Source of the DNA: Chloroflexota bacterium
GTDB lineage: Bacteria; Chloroflexota; Dormibacteria; CF-121
NCBI GenBank assembly: GCA_005881175.1
Contig: VBEN01000008.1
Coordinates: 1 to 53,699, forward strand
Reading direction: 5' to 3'
Length of the DNA stretch: 53,699 nt
The notes beneath the pieces were generated by a model. The model ran no database searches and was not told where the DNA came from. It worked only from the letters and a program-made list of their open reading frames with translations. Made by a program: the position numbers and the translations under genes. This document shows, piece by piece, positions 1 to 8,677 of the stretch (position 1 is its first letter; every line of letters begins with the position of its first letter).

Positions 1-1
1 C

Positions 2-70
2 TGGATCGATGCCATCAAGGCGATCCTGCGCGATGAGGCTCGAGCGCCAGCGATGGCGATGACGTCCTGA
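2..70 (+). CDS. 3' end of a gene truncated by the window edge
   Basis: Open frame WIDAIKAILRDEARAPAMAMTS ending in TGA at 68-70, with GC3-rich codons. Confidence 0.5.
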   Translation, partial: WIDAIKAILRDEARAPAMAMTS

Positions 71-86
71 TGGCCCATCGACCTGA

Positions 87-1325
87 CTAGAAGACGGCCC
101 AGTTGACGGTTGACAGCTCCTCGTCGGTAAACGGCACGTTGGGCTGTTGGAGATAGAGGTAGCCGATGAGCCGTGTGACTCGCGCCTCCTGATAGTAGTA
201 GCGGCGATGATCCTCAAAGGCGCTGGCGTGGATCGCCTGCCCGCTCTGGCCGCGGGCCGCGCTCTCCTCGGCCGTCAGGATCAGGTCGTAGTTTTCAAGG
301 AACCGCTTGACCCGCGTGTCGCGATAGACCATCAACCGCTTCGGTGCGGAGGACAGGTCGACGGTGATGCGCTGAAAATCCGTGCGCATGGCGGCCAGCG
401 CGCCCGGCGGGGACGGCGATTGGGTCGCTCGATCGAGGTCCTGGTTTAGGGTCGCTAGGCCCGCCGTGACCCGGTCCAGGTAGGCCGACTCATCCGGCTG
501 CACGTCATCGGGCCGCACGTAGGGGAACGTGGCCTGGCCGTGAAGGAAGTCGATCACCTCGTATCCAAGCTCGCCATTTTTGGCCGTGTCCTGGAGAAAG
601 AAGGCATCGACGGGGGGTGACTGGCGGGTACTGTAGCGATAAAAGCCCACCCGATGGGACTGCACCTCTCGCAGCTTCGCCTGGCGCTCAGACAGGCAGA
701 GATCCGCAAAGTCGGTGAGCCCCGGACGCTGGAGCACAAACAGGCGCGCGTTCGAGTAGTCGACAATGCTCCGATCGGTGGTATCGAGGATGAAGGCCTC
801 GTAAAGAGCGGCATCCTGCTTCGTTGCCCGAAGCGCGCGCGCCACCGACTGCACCGCGTCCAGGTCGAGTGGCCGCTGGCCATAGGCGTTCATCTCGAGC
901 GTGCTGCCGTCCTTCCAGCAGTGGACGGCCAGTAAGCCGGCGCCCAGGTTGGGACAGTTGACGGCCTGTTCGGTGGTTCGGAATGGCCGGCGGTCCGCCG
1001 ACACACCGGCGAACGCGAGGAAAACGATCGCGATTCCGACCGCGACCGCGATGAGCCCGGCTGCCCAGGCGAGGAGGCCCCGGCGAAGGGCGGCCGGAAT
1101 CAGCCGCCGGCTGAGCCAGAGCAGCACGGCGGCTGTCGGAATGAACAGCACCGTGTACGATGCCAGACTGAAAACCGTGTCCGCCTGCGCCGTGCAGGGC
1201 ATGCCGGGATAGGTCCCGCCGGCCCGAAGCGGGGCAATCAGCCAGGCAATCAGCAGCAGCCCGAGCGGCCACACCCATCCCAGCCACTGCGCAAGACGGC
1301 TGCGGTTTTTTTGGGCGACCTTCAC
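87..1325 (-). CDS. hypothetical membrane protein (about 3 N-terminal TM segments plus a large soluble domain)
   Basis: 412-aa ORF; GTG start overlaps the patatin stop (GTGA); hydrophobic N-terminal stretches. Confidence 0.75.
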   Translation of the reverse strand: MKVAQKNRSRLAQWLGWVWPLGLLLIAWLIAPLRAGGTYPGMPCTAQADTVFSLASYTVLFIPTAAVLLWLSRRLIPAALRRGLLAWAAGLIAVAVGIAIVFLAFAGVSADRRPFRTTEQAVNCPNLGAGLLAVHCWKDGSTLEMNAYGQRPLDLDAVQSVARALRATKQDAALYEAFILDTTDRSIVDYSNARLFVLQRPGLTDFADLCLSERQAKLREVQSHRVGFYRYSTRQSPPVDAFFLQDTAKNGELGYEVIDFLHGQATFPYVRPDDVQPDESAYLDRVTAGLATLNQDLDRATQSPSPPGALAAMRTDFQRITVDLSSAPKRLMVYRDTRVKRFLENYDLILTAEESAARGQSGQAIHASAFEDHRRYYYQEARVTRLIGYLYLQQPNVPFTDEELSTVNWAVF

Positions 1326-2293
1326 TGCGCGAGGGAGACGACGGCCTGGCGGCGCGGCGGGAGCATGTAGTGGATGCCTGGCTCGAGCCGCCCCTGGCTG
1401 TCCAGTCCGCCGGCCTGGAGAAAAGCGCGGGTGCGGGCGTATGCCTCGTCGATCAGGCGATCCACCTGACTGAAATCCGTTCCGGCCGTCCCAAACTCGA
1501 CGTTGGGAACCAGCAGGCAGATCTCCGCCTGCTGGGCGAAGCGCTGATACTCTTCCAGCATTCGCTGGCCGAGCATGATCTGGATGCTCTGCGCCAGGAT
1601 GCCGGTCAAGCTGTGGTTCGGGGGCCGGCGTGGGTTCGAGGTGCTGTTGTCGATGGCGACGATATGGGTGGCGCCGAGCTGGATCGCCTCGGCCAGGCCG
1701 ACGTTCTCCGCAACGGCTCCGTCGACGAATTCCTCGTTGCCAATGCGATAGGGGTTGAAGAGCCCGGGAATCGCGGACGATGCGGCGACGGCGTCCGGCA
1801 CGCTGCCCGTCGTAAAGATTTCCTTTCGGGCTCGGGTGAGGTTGGTCGCAATTACCGCACAGGGCAGGGTCAACTGCTCGAAGGTCGCTGGCAGGTTCAT
1901 GGCGGCCAAGGTTCGCAGGTAGCGGCTATCGAAGAAGCTGTTGTGGCTGCGCATGTAGCGGTACGCCATCCGCAGCGGGTTTCGGTCAAACAGGTCGCGG
2001 TTGCGGATCGATCCCCAGACGCGGGCCAGCTGTTCGATCGTCTGGAGGTCCGGTTTGGCGGCCAGCGCGACCGCATTGAACGCTCCCGAGCTGCAGCCGA
2101 CGAGCCCGTCCGGCCTGATGCCGGCTTCGAGCAGGGCCTTGAGCACACCCACGCTGCAGGCGCCACGGCTGCCCCCGCCTCCCAGGACGAAGATGAGGCG
2201 GCGTGCTCGTTCCACGGTTTGCGAGTTCGATGGGCGGCGTCGTCGCCACCAGGACAGCATGGAGGGGGATCGCCAGAACCCAGTTTCCGCCAT
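1322..2293 (-). CDS. patatin-like phospholipase
   Basis: GGGGSRG oxyanion motif, GCSSG nucleophile elbow, DGA catalytic Asp motif. Confidence 0.93.
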   Translation of the reverse strand: MAETGFWRSPSMLSWWRRRRPSNSQTVERARRLIFVLGGGGSRGACSVGVLKALLEAGIRPDGLVGCSSGAFNAVALAAKPDLQTIEQLARVWGSIRNRDLFDRNPLRMAYRYMRSHNSFFDSRYLRTLAAMNLPATFEQLTLPCAVIATNLTRARKEIFTTGSVPDAVAASSAIPGLFNPYRIGNEEFVDGAVAENVGLAEAIQLGATHIVAIDNSTSNPRRPPNHSLTGILAQSIQIMLGQRMLEEYQRFAQQAEICLLVPNVEFGTAGTDFSQVDRLIDEAYARTRAFLQAGGLDSQGRLEPGIHYMLPPRRQAVVSLAQ

Positions 2294-2473
2294 GGAGATT
2301 ACGTTTCAGATCCCGATCCGAACATGCGCACGGCTGAGTGTAACGGGTCGGTGGAAGTCAGCCGGAATCGGGCCGGAAGCATGTGGACGCTGCGTTGTCT
2401 GGCTAGAAGAGGGTGACGACAGGGCGAACGCGGCCAGCCGCGTGTTAGTCTTGGAGTATCACTTTTTCTGCCT

Positions 2474-2686
2474 ATGCGCTGTCCGTACCTTGAGCAGATC
2501 CTTCGCAAGCGCCAAGCCTTCCTGAAAGTCTTTCAGGCAGACTGCCACGTCGACCGCCGGGTCCACTACTTTTGGGGAGTGGCGAAGTGGCCGTCGCCGC
2601 CCTGCCTGGGGAAAGTCGCCACCTGCGCCCTGTACCAGGGCGCCCGAGCCAGCGAAGATCAACGGCTTCGCCGGCTCATCGACTAG
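2474..2686 (+). CDS. small Cys/His-rich hypothetical protein
   Basis: 70 aa, MRCPY...CH...H...C...C; fills the intergenic gap with typical codon use. Confidence 0.55.
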   Translation: MRCPYLEQILRKRQAFLKVFQADCHVDRRVHYFWGVAKWPSPPCLGKVATCALYQGARASEDQRLRRLID

Positions 2687-2746
2687 TCCAGTCACCCAGA
2701 CACCTGATTAGGCGACTGCTGCCGCCGCGCTGACTATGCTGACAGC

Positions 2747-3865
2747 GTGAGTCCGGACGTCATCGTGATAGGCGCCGGCGCCATCGGAACATCGATTGCC
2801 TTCCAGCTCGCAAAGGCCGGGCTGAAGGTCATGGTCTTCGAGCGCGGCCGGGTTGGCGGGGAAGCCACAGGGGCGTCGGCAGGAATGATCCAGCTCAACC
2901 CTGACCGCGGCACGCCGCCGGCATACGCTGCGCTGTCGACTGAGAGTGCCCGTCTCTTCAGTGCACTGGCGGCTGAGCTGCTGGAACGCACCGGGATCGA
3001 TATCGGCTATCGTCGGGCTCCGCTGCTCCACGTCACGCTCGATGAAGCCGAAGAGGCGCGGCTCCGAGGGCACCGCGCCTGGCAGCTCGACCATGGCATG
3101 ACTGTCGGCTGGCTCGACGGCGCTGCCGCATTGGATCTCGAACCCGCCCTGAACCCGGCGGTGCGCGCCGCGCTGCTCTATCAGGACCACTACCAGGTCC
3201 TGCCGCGTGCCCTTGCGCAGGCGCTAGCGCGTGCCGCGACCGACCTCGGCGCGGTCGTTCGGGAAGGCGCAGCTGTCGATCGGCTCCTCACGCAGGGCGA
3301 TCGTGTGATTGGGGTTGCCCTGGGCAGCGAGACGATTCGTTCGGCGGAGACCGTCGCCGCGAACGGCGCCTGGGCCTCGGCATGGGCGGAGGCACTGCAT
3401 ACGCCGATCCCGGTGCGGCCGGTGCGCGGCCAGATGGTGGGCCTGTCAACCACCGCAACTCCGCTACGCCACGCGATCAGCTCCAGCAGCGGGTACATCC
3501 TGACCAAAGCCGACGGGTCGACCATCGTCGGCACGACCGTCGAGGAGGTTGGGTTCGACGCGCGGCCCACGACCGCAGGGGTCGCCGGATTGCTGGCCCT
3601 GGCTCCACGGCTCGCGCCGCGACTGGCCGATGCCACCGTCTCCGGCGCGTGGGCCGGTTTACGGCCAGGCACTCCGGACGGTCTCCCGTTATTGGGACGG
3701 CCGCCCGGATGGGGCGGAATCGTGGTGGCTGCCGGTCACTTCCGCGAGGGGATCTTGCTGACTCCGATCACGGCTGAGCTGGTCCTGGACCTGCTGGCCC
3801 GGCGACGGCCTCGTCTTGCCCTCGATGTTTTCGACCCCGGACGGTTCCGTATCCGTGCCGCCTGA
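2747..3865 (+). CDS. thiO: glycine oxidase ThiO / FAD-dependent D-amino acid oxidase family
   Basis: GAGAIG Rossmann motif, ATGASAGM, PVRGQ, GLRPGTPDGLP, GHFREGILLTP. Confidence 0.85.
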   Translation: MSPDVIVIGAGAIGTSIAFQLAKAGLKVMVFERGRVGGEATGASAGMIQLNPDRGTPPAYAALSTESARLFSALAAELLERTGIDIGYRRAPLLHVTLDEAEEARLRGHRAWQLDHGMTVGWLDGAAALDLEPALNPAVRAALLYQDHYQVLPRALAQALARAATDLGAVVREGAAVDRLLTQGDRVIGVALGSETIRSAETVAANGAWASAWAEALHTPIPVRPVRGQMVGLSTTATPLRHAISSSSGYILTKADGSTIVGTTVEEVGFDARPTTAGVAGLLALAPRLAPRLADATVSGAWAGLRPGTPDGLPLLGRPPGWGGIVVAAGHFREGILLTPITAELVLDLLARRRPRLALDVFDPGRFRIRAA

Positions 3866-4211
3866 CATTCCGCGCGCCTTCGAGCGGCGGGCCGATGGCT
3901 TCCGCCACGCCGCCGGTGGCGGCTTGTGGCTGGCACCGCTGGTTTACCTCGAGCACGCCCGCTTCGGTCCGGGCTGGTATGGCAAGGTGGTCAGCGCCGA
4001 CCCCAATCGGCTGCTGGCCTGGGCGGTCAGCAAAGCCATCCCGCAGCGAGCGCTACAGTTCAAGTCACTCCCCGACCTCGACTCACCCCTTCACCGCCGA
4101 CGGCGTCTGCCCGGTTATCACATCGACCTTTGGGGGGCTCGACTGGCGCTGGCGTACGATCCGCAAACCATCGCCCGCGCCCGGGCCCGCTCCCCAGCTC
4201 CAATCCCCTAA
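3855..4211 (+). CDS. hypothetical protein, possibly DUF4031-like
   Basis: GTG at 3855 overlaps the end of thiO; LLAWA...YHIDL resembles the DUF4031 HYDL motif. Confidence 0.55.
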   Translation: MPPDIPRAFERRADGFRHAAGGGLWLAPLVYLEHARFGPGWYGKVVSADPNRLLAWAVSKAIPQRALQFKSLPDLDSPLHRRRRLPGYHIDLWGARLALAYDPQTIARARARSPAPIP

Positions 4212-5173
4212 TAGCGCTCGATTGCTTTCAGCCCCGATCCCGTGATGATGAGAACTGCGCCGGCCGGAAGATTGAGCACGCGGGCCCCCACGATCGCCGC
4301 GGCGGAGGTCGGTTCGATCAGCATCCCAACCGTGGCGGCCTGCCGCCAGGCCTGCTCGATCGCGTCATCTGGCACGGCGATCCAGCGACCGCCGCTGTAT
4401 CGGACCGCGGCGTAACTGCGCTCTGCCCGGGTCGGCTCCGGGATGCGAATGCCATCCGCGATCGAGGGTTGGCGCACGACGGGCGCGGGGCGGCCGATGG
4501 CGGCGCCCCGAACCAGGGGCGCGCACGCCTCGGATTGCACGCCATGCAGTTTTGGCGCCTTCGCCATGCGGCCGGCGGCCACCAGATCGGCAAACCCCAT
4601 CGCCAGCCCGATCAGCATGGTGCCCTGGCCAACCGGCGTCACGATGTCGTGCAGCTCGTCGCCGAGCGCCTCGAATAATTCGTACGCGATCGTCTTGATC
4701 CCTTCGAGAAAGGCATCGTCGCGAGCGTGGCCGACGTCGTAGGCATCTCTGGCGGCTATCAGAGCGGCCTCCGTCACGGCGGAGCGCGGGCCGGATATCT
4801 TGACCAGCTCGGCGCCCAGGACCTGGATGGCTCGCGCCTTCGAGGCCACGATGTCATCCGGTGCGTAAATCCGCGCTCGCAATCCGGCGGCGGCGGCGTA
4901 GGCGGCGATCGCCGTTCCGGCGTTGCCCGATGAGTCTTCGACGACGATCCGTGCCCCGGCTGCGCGGGCGGCCGTGATCGCGGTGGCGGCCCCACGGTCT
5001 TTGAACGACCCGGTCGGGGAGATGCTCTCGAGCTTCAGGAGGAATCTCTCGTAGGGCACGATTGGGGTGGCGCCCTCGCCCAGCGTGACCGGTTCACCGC
5101 GAACCGCCAGGTCGGCGCGGTAGCGCCAGAGCCCTCGCCCGGACCGGGTCCCGGGCTCAGCCGTCTGGCTCAC
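4208..5173 (-). CDS. threonine synthase-like PLP-dependent enzyme (fold type II)
   Basis: TLGEGATP, SPTGSFKDRG PLP-lysine motif, SSGNAG, IEPTSAAA, TGSGLK. Confidence 0.88.
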   Translation of the reverse strand: MSQTAEPGTRSGRGLWRYRADLAVRGEPVTLGEGATPIVPYERFLLKLESISPTGSFKDRGAATAITAARAAGARIVVEDSSGNAGTAIAAYAAAAGLRARIYAPDDIVASKARAIQVLGAELVKISGPRSAVTEAALIAARDAYDVGHARDDAFLEGIKTIAYELFEALGDELHDIVTPVGQGTMLIGLAMGFADLVAAGRMAKAPKLHGVQSEACAPLVRGAAIGRPAPVVRQPSIADGIRIPEPTRAERSYAAVRYSGGRWIAVPDDAIEQAWRQAATVGMLIEPTSAAAIVGARVLNLPAGAVLIITGSGLKAIERY

Positions 5174-6369
5174 GAGAGGATCTTCTGGAGGGCCGGATCG
5201 AGGAACTCCTTCGTCAGTGGGAAGGGCTCGAAGCTGCTCACCGTGCCGTCACGGGCGACCAGGACGCTGACCGGCAAACCGGTGCTGCTGAGCGTGACAC
5301 CATACGCATCGCTGGCACGGCCATCGGGATCCAGCACCGGGACCGGCTGCAGGTCCAACGACTTCCAGAATCGCCTCACGGTGTCGGGTGATTCATCGCC
5401 CCAATCGATGGCGACGACGGTGAGGCCTTCGGCTCGATGGGCCAGGTACTCATCGCGGATGAGCGGCAGCTCGTTGCGGCAGGGAACGCACCAGGTTGCC
5501 CAGAAGTTGATCAGGACCGGCTTTCCTTTGAGGTCGGAGAGCGAGACCGGCTGGCCGTCGAGATCCTTGAGGCTGAAGGCCGGCGCCGGCATCCCCACCT
5601 GGACGGGTCCGTGGGTGGTCGGCAGGGTCGACTCATCACTCTGGAAATGGGAGTCGAAGGGGGTGGTGACGGCGACAACAGGGAAGAAATCATTGAACAC
5701 CGTCAGTCGGTTGGAGAAGATCAGGATGCCCATGCCGATGAGAAATACGGCCGCGACCGCCTTGAGGACGCGGTAGGCGCCTCGTACCCGCGCCAACCCC
5801 TGGGTCAGCACGCCGGAGATTCCGGCGGCGATCAGAAATGGCAATCCCAGGCCGGCGGAATAGAAGGCCAGCAGCAGCGCGCCCTGGGCCGCCGTGCCGC
5901 TGCTGCCGGCGCGCAGCAGGATGGCGGCCAGGATCGGACCCACACAGGGTGTCCATCCGATCGCGAAGGCGAGACCGATCACATACGATGCCCAGGGGGC
6001 ACGGGGAAGCCGATGGGCGATGTCGAAGCGTTTCTCCCCCATCAGTCCGGGAATGCGGCCAAGCGCCAGGAGCGCGATTCCGATCAACACCAGCGCAACG
6101 CCGGCCACCTGCAGCAGGAGTGGACGGTAGGCCTTCAAGTCCGCGCCGATCAGGCCGAAGGAGGCGCCTAGTGCGACGAACGCCGAGGCGAACCCGGCGA
6201 CGAACAGCGCGGCGTTGCCCAGGACTTGGAGTTGTTGGCGGAGCGTCATTGTGGTGCCCGCCGCGGCCGCGCCCATATAGGTCACGTAGGCTGGTACCAG
6301 CGGCAGGACGCAGGTGGACGCGAACGATAACAGTCCGGCGAGGAACGCCAGGGCCAGGTCGACGATCAT
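5170..6369 (-). CDS. CcdA transmembrane domain fused to a TlpA/redoxin domain
   Basis: SFASTCVLP and GWTPCVGP CcdA cysteines; C-terminal NFWATWCVPC thioredoxin motif. Confidence 0.92.
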   Translation of the reverse strand: MIVDLALAFLAGLLSFASTCVLPLVPAYVTYMGAAAAGTTMTLRQQLQVLGNAALFVAGFASAFVALGASFGLIGADLKAYRPLLLQVAGVALVLIGIALLALGRIPGLMGEKRFDIAHRLPRAPWASYVIGLAFAIGWTPCVGPILAAILLRAGSSGTAAQGALLLAFYSAGLGLPFLIAAGISGVLTQGLARVRGAYRVLKAVAAVFLIGMGILIFSNRLTVFNDFFPVVAVTTPFDSHFQSDESTLPTTHGPVQVGMPAPAFSLKDLDGQPVSLSDLKGKPVLINFWATWCVPCRNELPLIRDEYLAHRAEGLTVVAIDWGDESPDTVRRFWKSLDLQPVPVLDPDGRASDAYGVTLSSTGLPVSVLVARDGTVSSFEPFPLTKEFLDPALQKILS

Positions 6370-6378
6370 CCGGCCGGC

Positions 6379-6633
6379 TTAAGCTTCTCGGTCGCGAGCT
6401 GGCGGTTTTTCGGTTGCGAGCTGCCGGACCCAATCCCGCAGCCGCGCCGGGGCATCGTCGGTGCAGCACTCTTTGCGAACCAGACGCTTCATCTCTGCCT
6501 GGAAGTCGAAGACCTTCTCACAGGGCGGGCAATCGTCCAGGTGCGCCTTGACGCTGCGGACCTCCGCATCGCTTAGCTCGCGGTCGATGTACACCGAAAG
6601 TTTTCGCATCGTCTGCTCACAGTGGTCGCCCAT
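6379..6633 (-). CDS. zinc-binding anti-sigma factor, RsrA/RshA type
   Basis: HLDDCPPC (HxxxCxxC) and KECC motifs; ATG overlaps the sigma stop (TGATG). Confidence 0.9.
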   Translation of the reverse strand: MGDHCEQTMRKLSVYIDRELSDAEVRSVKAHLDDCPPCEKVFDFQAEMKRLVRKECCTDDAPARLRDWVRQLATEKPPARDREA

Positions 6634-7220
6634 CAGTGTGCTCCCACGGCCACCGGCCGGGCCCTGGGCCGGCCGGAATACTCCCATAACTTCTTCTGCA
6701 AGGCCTGGCGCCCCCGGTGCAGCCTGGACATGACAGTGCCAATCTTGATCCCCAGGATCGAGGCAACCTCCTTATAGGAGAAGTCCTCGACGTCCACCAG
6801 CACGACCACCATCCGCATGGGCAACGGCAACTCCTCGAGCGCGTGCTTCACCTCATCGCCAAACCCCCGCTCGACGATGATCTCCTCCGGGGACATGAGA
6901 TGAACCGGCATCCCCTCCCGTCGCAGCTGGTCGTAGATCGAGAAGTCGGTTCCGGGCTGATCGAGCGGCTCGGTGGGAGCGGGCCGCTGGCGCAACCGGT
7001 TGCGGAACACGTTGGTCATGATCGTGAACAGCCAGGCTTTTTCGTTTGTGCCCGGCTTGAACCGATTTCGGTAGCGGTAGGCTCGCAAATACGTTTCTTG
7101 CACCAGGTCCTCGGCGTCCTCTGGCTTCCTCGTGAGGCGCAGCGCGCTCCGATACAGCGCGTCGACGTGCCTCTCAAAGAGCGAAAAGTCGCTATTCATG
7201 CCAACGCCTCGCTGGTCCAT
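6633..7220 (-). CDS. ECF sigma factor, SigR/SigH-like (start 7220 or 7199)
   Basis: DAEDLVQETYLRAY, KAWLFTIMTN, FSYKEVA, GTVMSRLHRGR; adjacent to the anti-sigma gene. Confidence 0.92.
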   Translation of the reverse strand: MDQRGVGMNSDFSLFERHVDALYRSALRLTRKPEDAEDLVQETYLRAYRYRNRFKPGTNEKAWLFTIMTNVFRNRLRQRPAPTEPLDQPGTDFSIYDQLRREGMPVHLMSPEEIIVERGFGDEVKHALEELPLPMRMVVVLVDVEDFSYKEVASILGIKIGTVMSRLHRGRQALQKKLWEYSGRPRARPVAVGAH

Positions 7221-7221
7221 T

Positions 7222-7857
7222 CTATTCCGGCGAATTTGTCCCGCCACCCTGGCCTGGAGGAGCGCCCGGTCGCGGGCCGCGACCCCGGCCCCGACCTCGA
7301 CGGCGGCGCCGGCGGTTCGAATCCTGCGGCGGACGCTCGTCTCCCTTTGGGGGGGAGGGTCGGTTTCCCGATTCTCCCTCCCCGCTCGTGGGGGAGGGTC
7401 GGGGTGGGGGGTTCGGCCGATGCCCCCGCCGCGATGGCGCGACCGGTGGTCGTGCCTGCGCCTTACCCTGCACCGACTCGGGTTGGGCCGGCGGCAGGCC
7501 GCGCCCGCCTCGGCGCCGCCGGCGGCCGCGACGTTGCTGATCGGCGGGTTCTGGACGCCCACGCTCTGCGCTTACCTCCTTGCGTGGCTGCTCCGGCCGC
7601 GCGGGGGCGGGCACGATGCGGGCTAGCCCGCGGGGACGGCGGCGCCGGCTCGGCTGCTCGCGTGGACGTGCATCCTGATGCCTGACCCGCTCTTCGAACT
7701 CTGAGAGCCACTCGTCCATCGGCCGTTTGATCTGCGGTCGCGGCGCGCGTGGCTCTTCCGGCCAAATACGCGGCCGGTCAGGGCGAATGGCTTCGGGCGG
7801 TGGGTCGGCATCGGTTGGTTCCGGTTCGACCGCGAGCTCAGGCGGGAGTTCCGACAT
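7222..7857 (-). CDS. Arg/Pro-rich low-complexity hypothetical protein
   Basis: ORF fills the gap between the ECF S gene and the sigma gene; poly-Arg tracts and a DEWLSEFEER segment. Confidence 0.55.
   Translation of the reverse strand: MSELPPELAVEPEPTDADPPPEAIRPDRPRIWPEEPRAPRPQIKRPMDEWLSEFEERVRHQDARPREQPSRRRRPRGLARIVPAPARPEQPRKEVSAERGRPEPADQQRRGRRRRRGGRGLPPAQPESVQGKAQARPPVAPSRRGHRPNPPPRPSPTSGEGESGNRPSPPKGDERPPQDSNRRRRRRGRGRGRGPRPGAPPGQGGGTNSPE
7341..7412. repeat. two REP-like GC palindromes (CCCTCCCC...GGGGAGGG type) inside an ORF
   Basis: CTCCCTTTGGGGGGGAGGGTCGG and CCCTCCCCGCTCGTGGGGGAGGGTCGGGGTGGGGG; on the minus strand they encode PSPPKGD and PSPTSGEG. Confidence 0.55.
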
Positions 7858-8677
7858 CTCTCGAAATCTTACCCGTGGTCTGTTCACGAACCGGTTGGCG
7901 ACTCGTCCAGTTGACGAGGAAGCGGCGGCGGAACCGGTCCAAGGCGGTGATCACGGCGCGGCCGAGCAGCGCGATCAGGATGACGTTGCCGGCCGCCCGG
8001 AACGAGTCGTAGACGAGCGATGTTGAAAGGTAGAAGGTCCCAAAGCGGCGCACGATCTCGCCGACTGCAAGCCCGGGTACCCAACTCAGCTGGGAGGAAG
8101 CCGGGGCGAGCAGCAGTGGCCATTCCCAGAGATCGAGCAAAAGCCCGTAGGCCAGGCCTGCGACCGCGCCGTAGCAGCACAAGAGCCCGATGCCCAATCG
8201 CGAGGTGGATCGCCCACTCAGGCGGCCGAGATACCCCGCGCCCATACCAACCCAACCGGCTGCAAGCATCTGGTACGGCAGCCAGGGGCCGAGTCCGGCC
8301 GTGAGCACGGCTGAAAGAAGCAGCGTCAGCGCCCCGCTGGCGAAGCCGAAGCTGGGGCCCATGGCGAAGCCGCCAGCAATGATGAGGAAGAAGATCGGCG
8401 AAAACCCGAGCAGGCCGATGACGATGACCAGCCGCATCACGGCATCGACCGCGACCAGTGCGGCGAGGATCGCCAGCAGTCGAGTCGAAAGCCGGTGCGT
8501 CTGCACGGCCACCGCCAGCACGACGAGCGCCGAGACGGCGACCAGTGCGCTGAAGAGCAGCACCGCCTGCGGAAATCGTGAACCGAGGAGAAGCGGGGCG
8601 ATGAAGAGCATCACCCCGGCAGCGGTGATGCCCACCAGCACGGCATCCTCGACAGCGGTGCCGAAGGCACGGCTCAA
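7838..8677 (-). CDS. ECF transporter S component, probably for cobalamin
   Basis: GFSPIFFLII, GLGPWLPYQM and YDSFRAAGN motifs; multi-TM; TTG start overlaps the ATPase stop (TTGA). Confidence 0.85.
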   Translation of the reverse strand: MSRAFGTAVEDAVLVGITAAGVMLFIAPLLLGSRFPQAVLLFSALVAVSALVVLAVAVQTHRLSTRLLAILAALVAVDAVMRLVIVIGLLGFSPIFFLIIAGGFAMGPSFGFASGALTLLLSAVLTAGLGPWLPYQMLAAGWVGMGAGYLGRLSGRSTSRLGIGLLCCYGAVAGLAYGLLLDLWEWPLLLAPASSQLSWVPGLAVGEIVRRFGTFYLSTSLVYDSFRAAGNVILIALLGRAVITALDRFRRRFLVNWTSRQPVREQTTGKISRDVGTPA

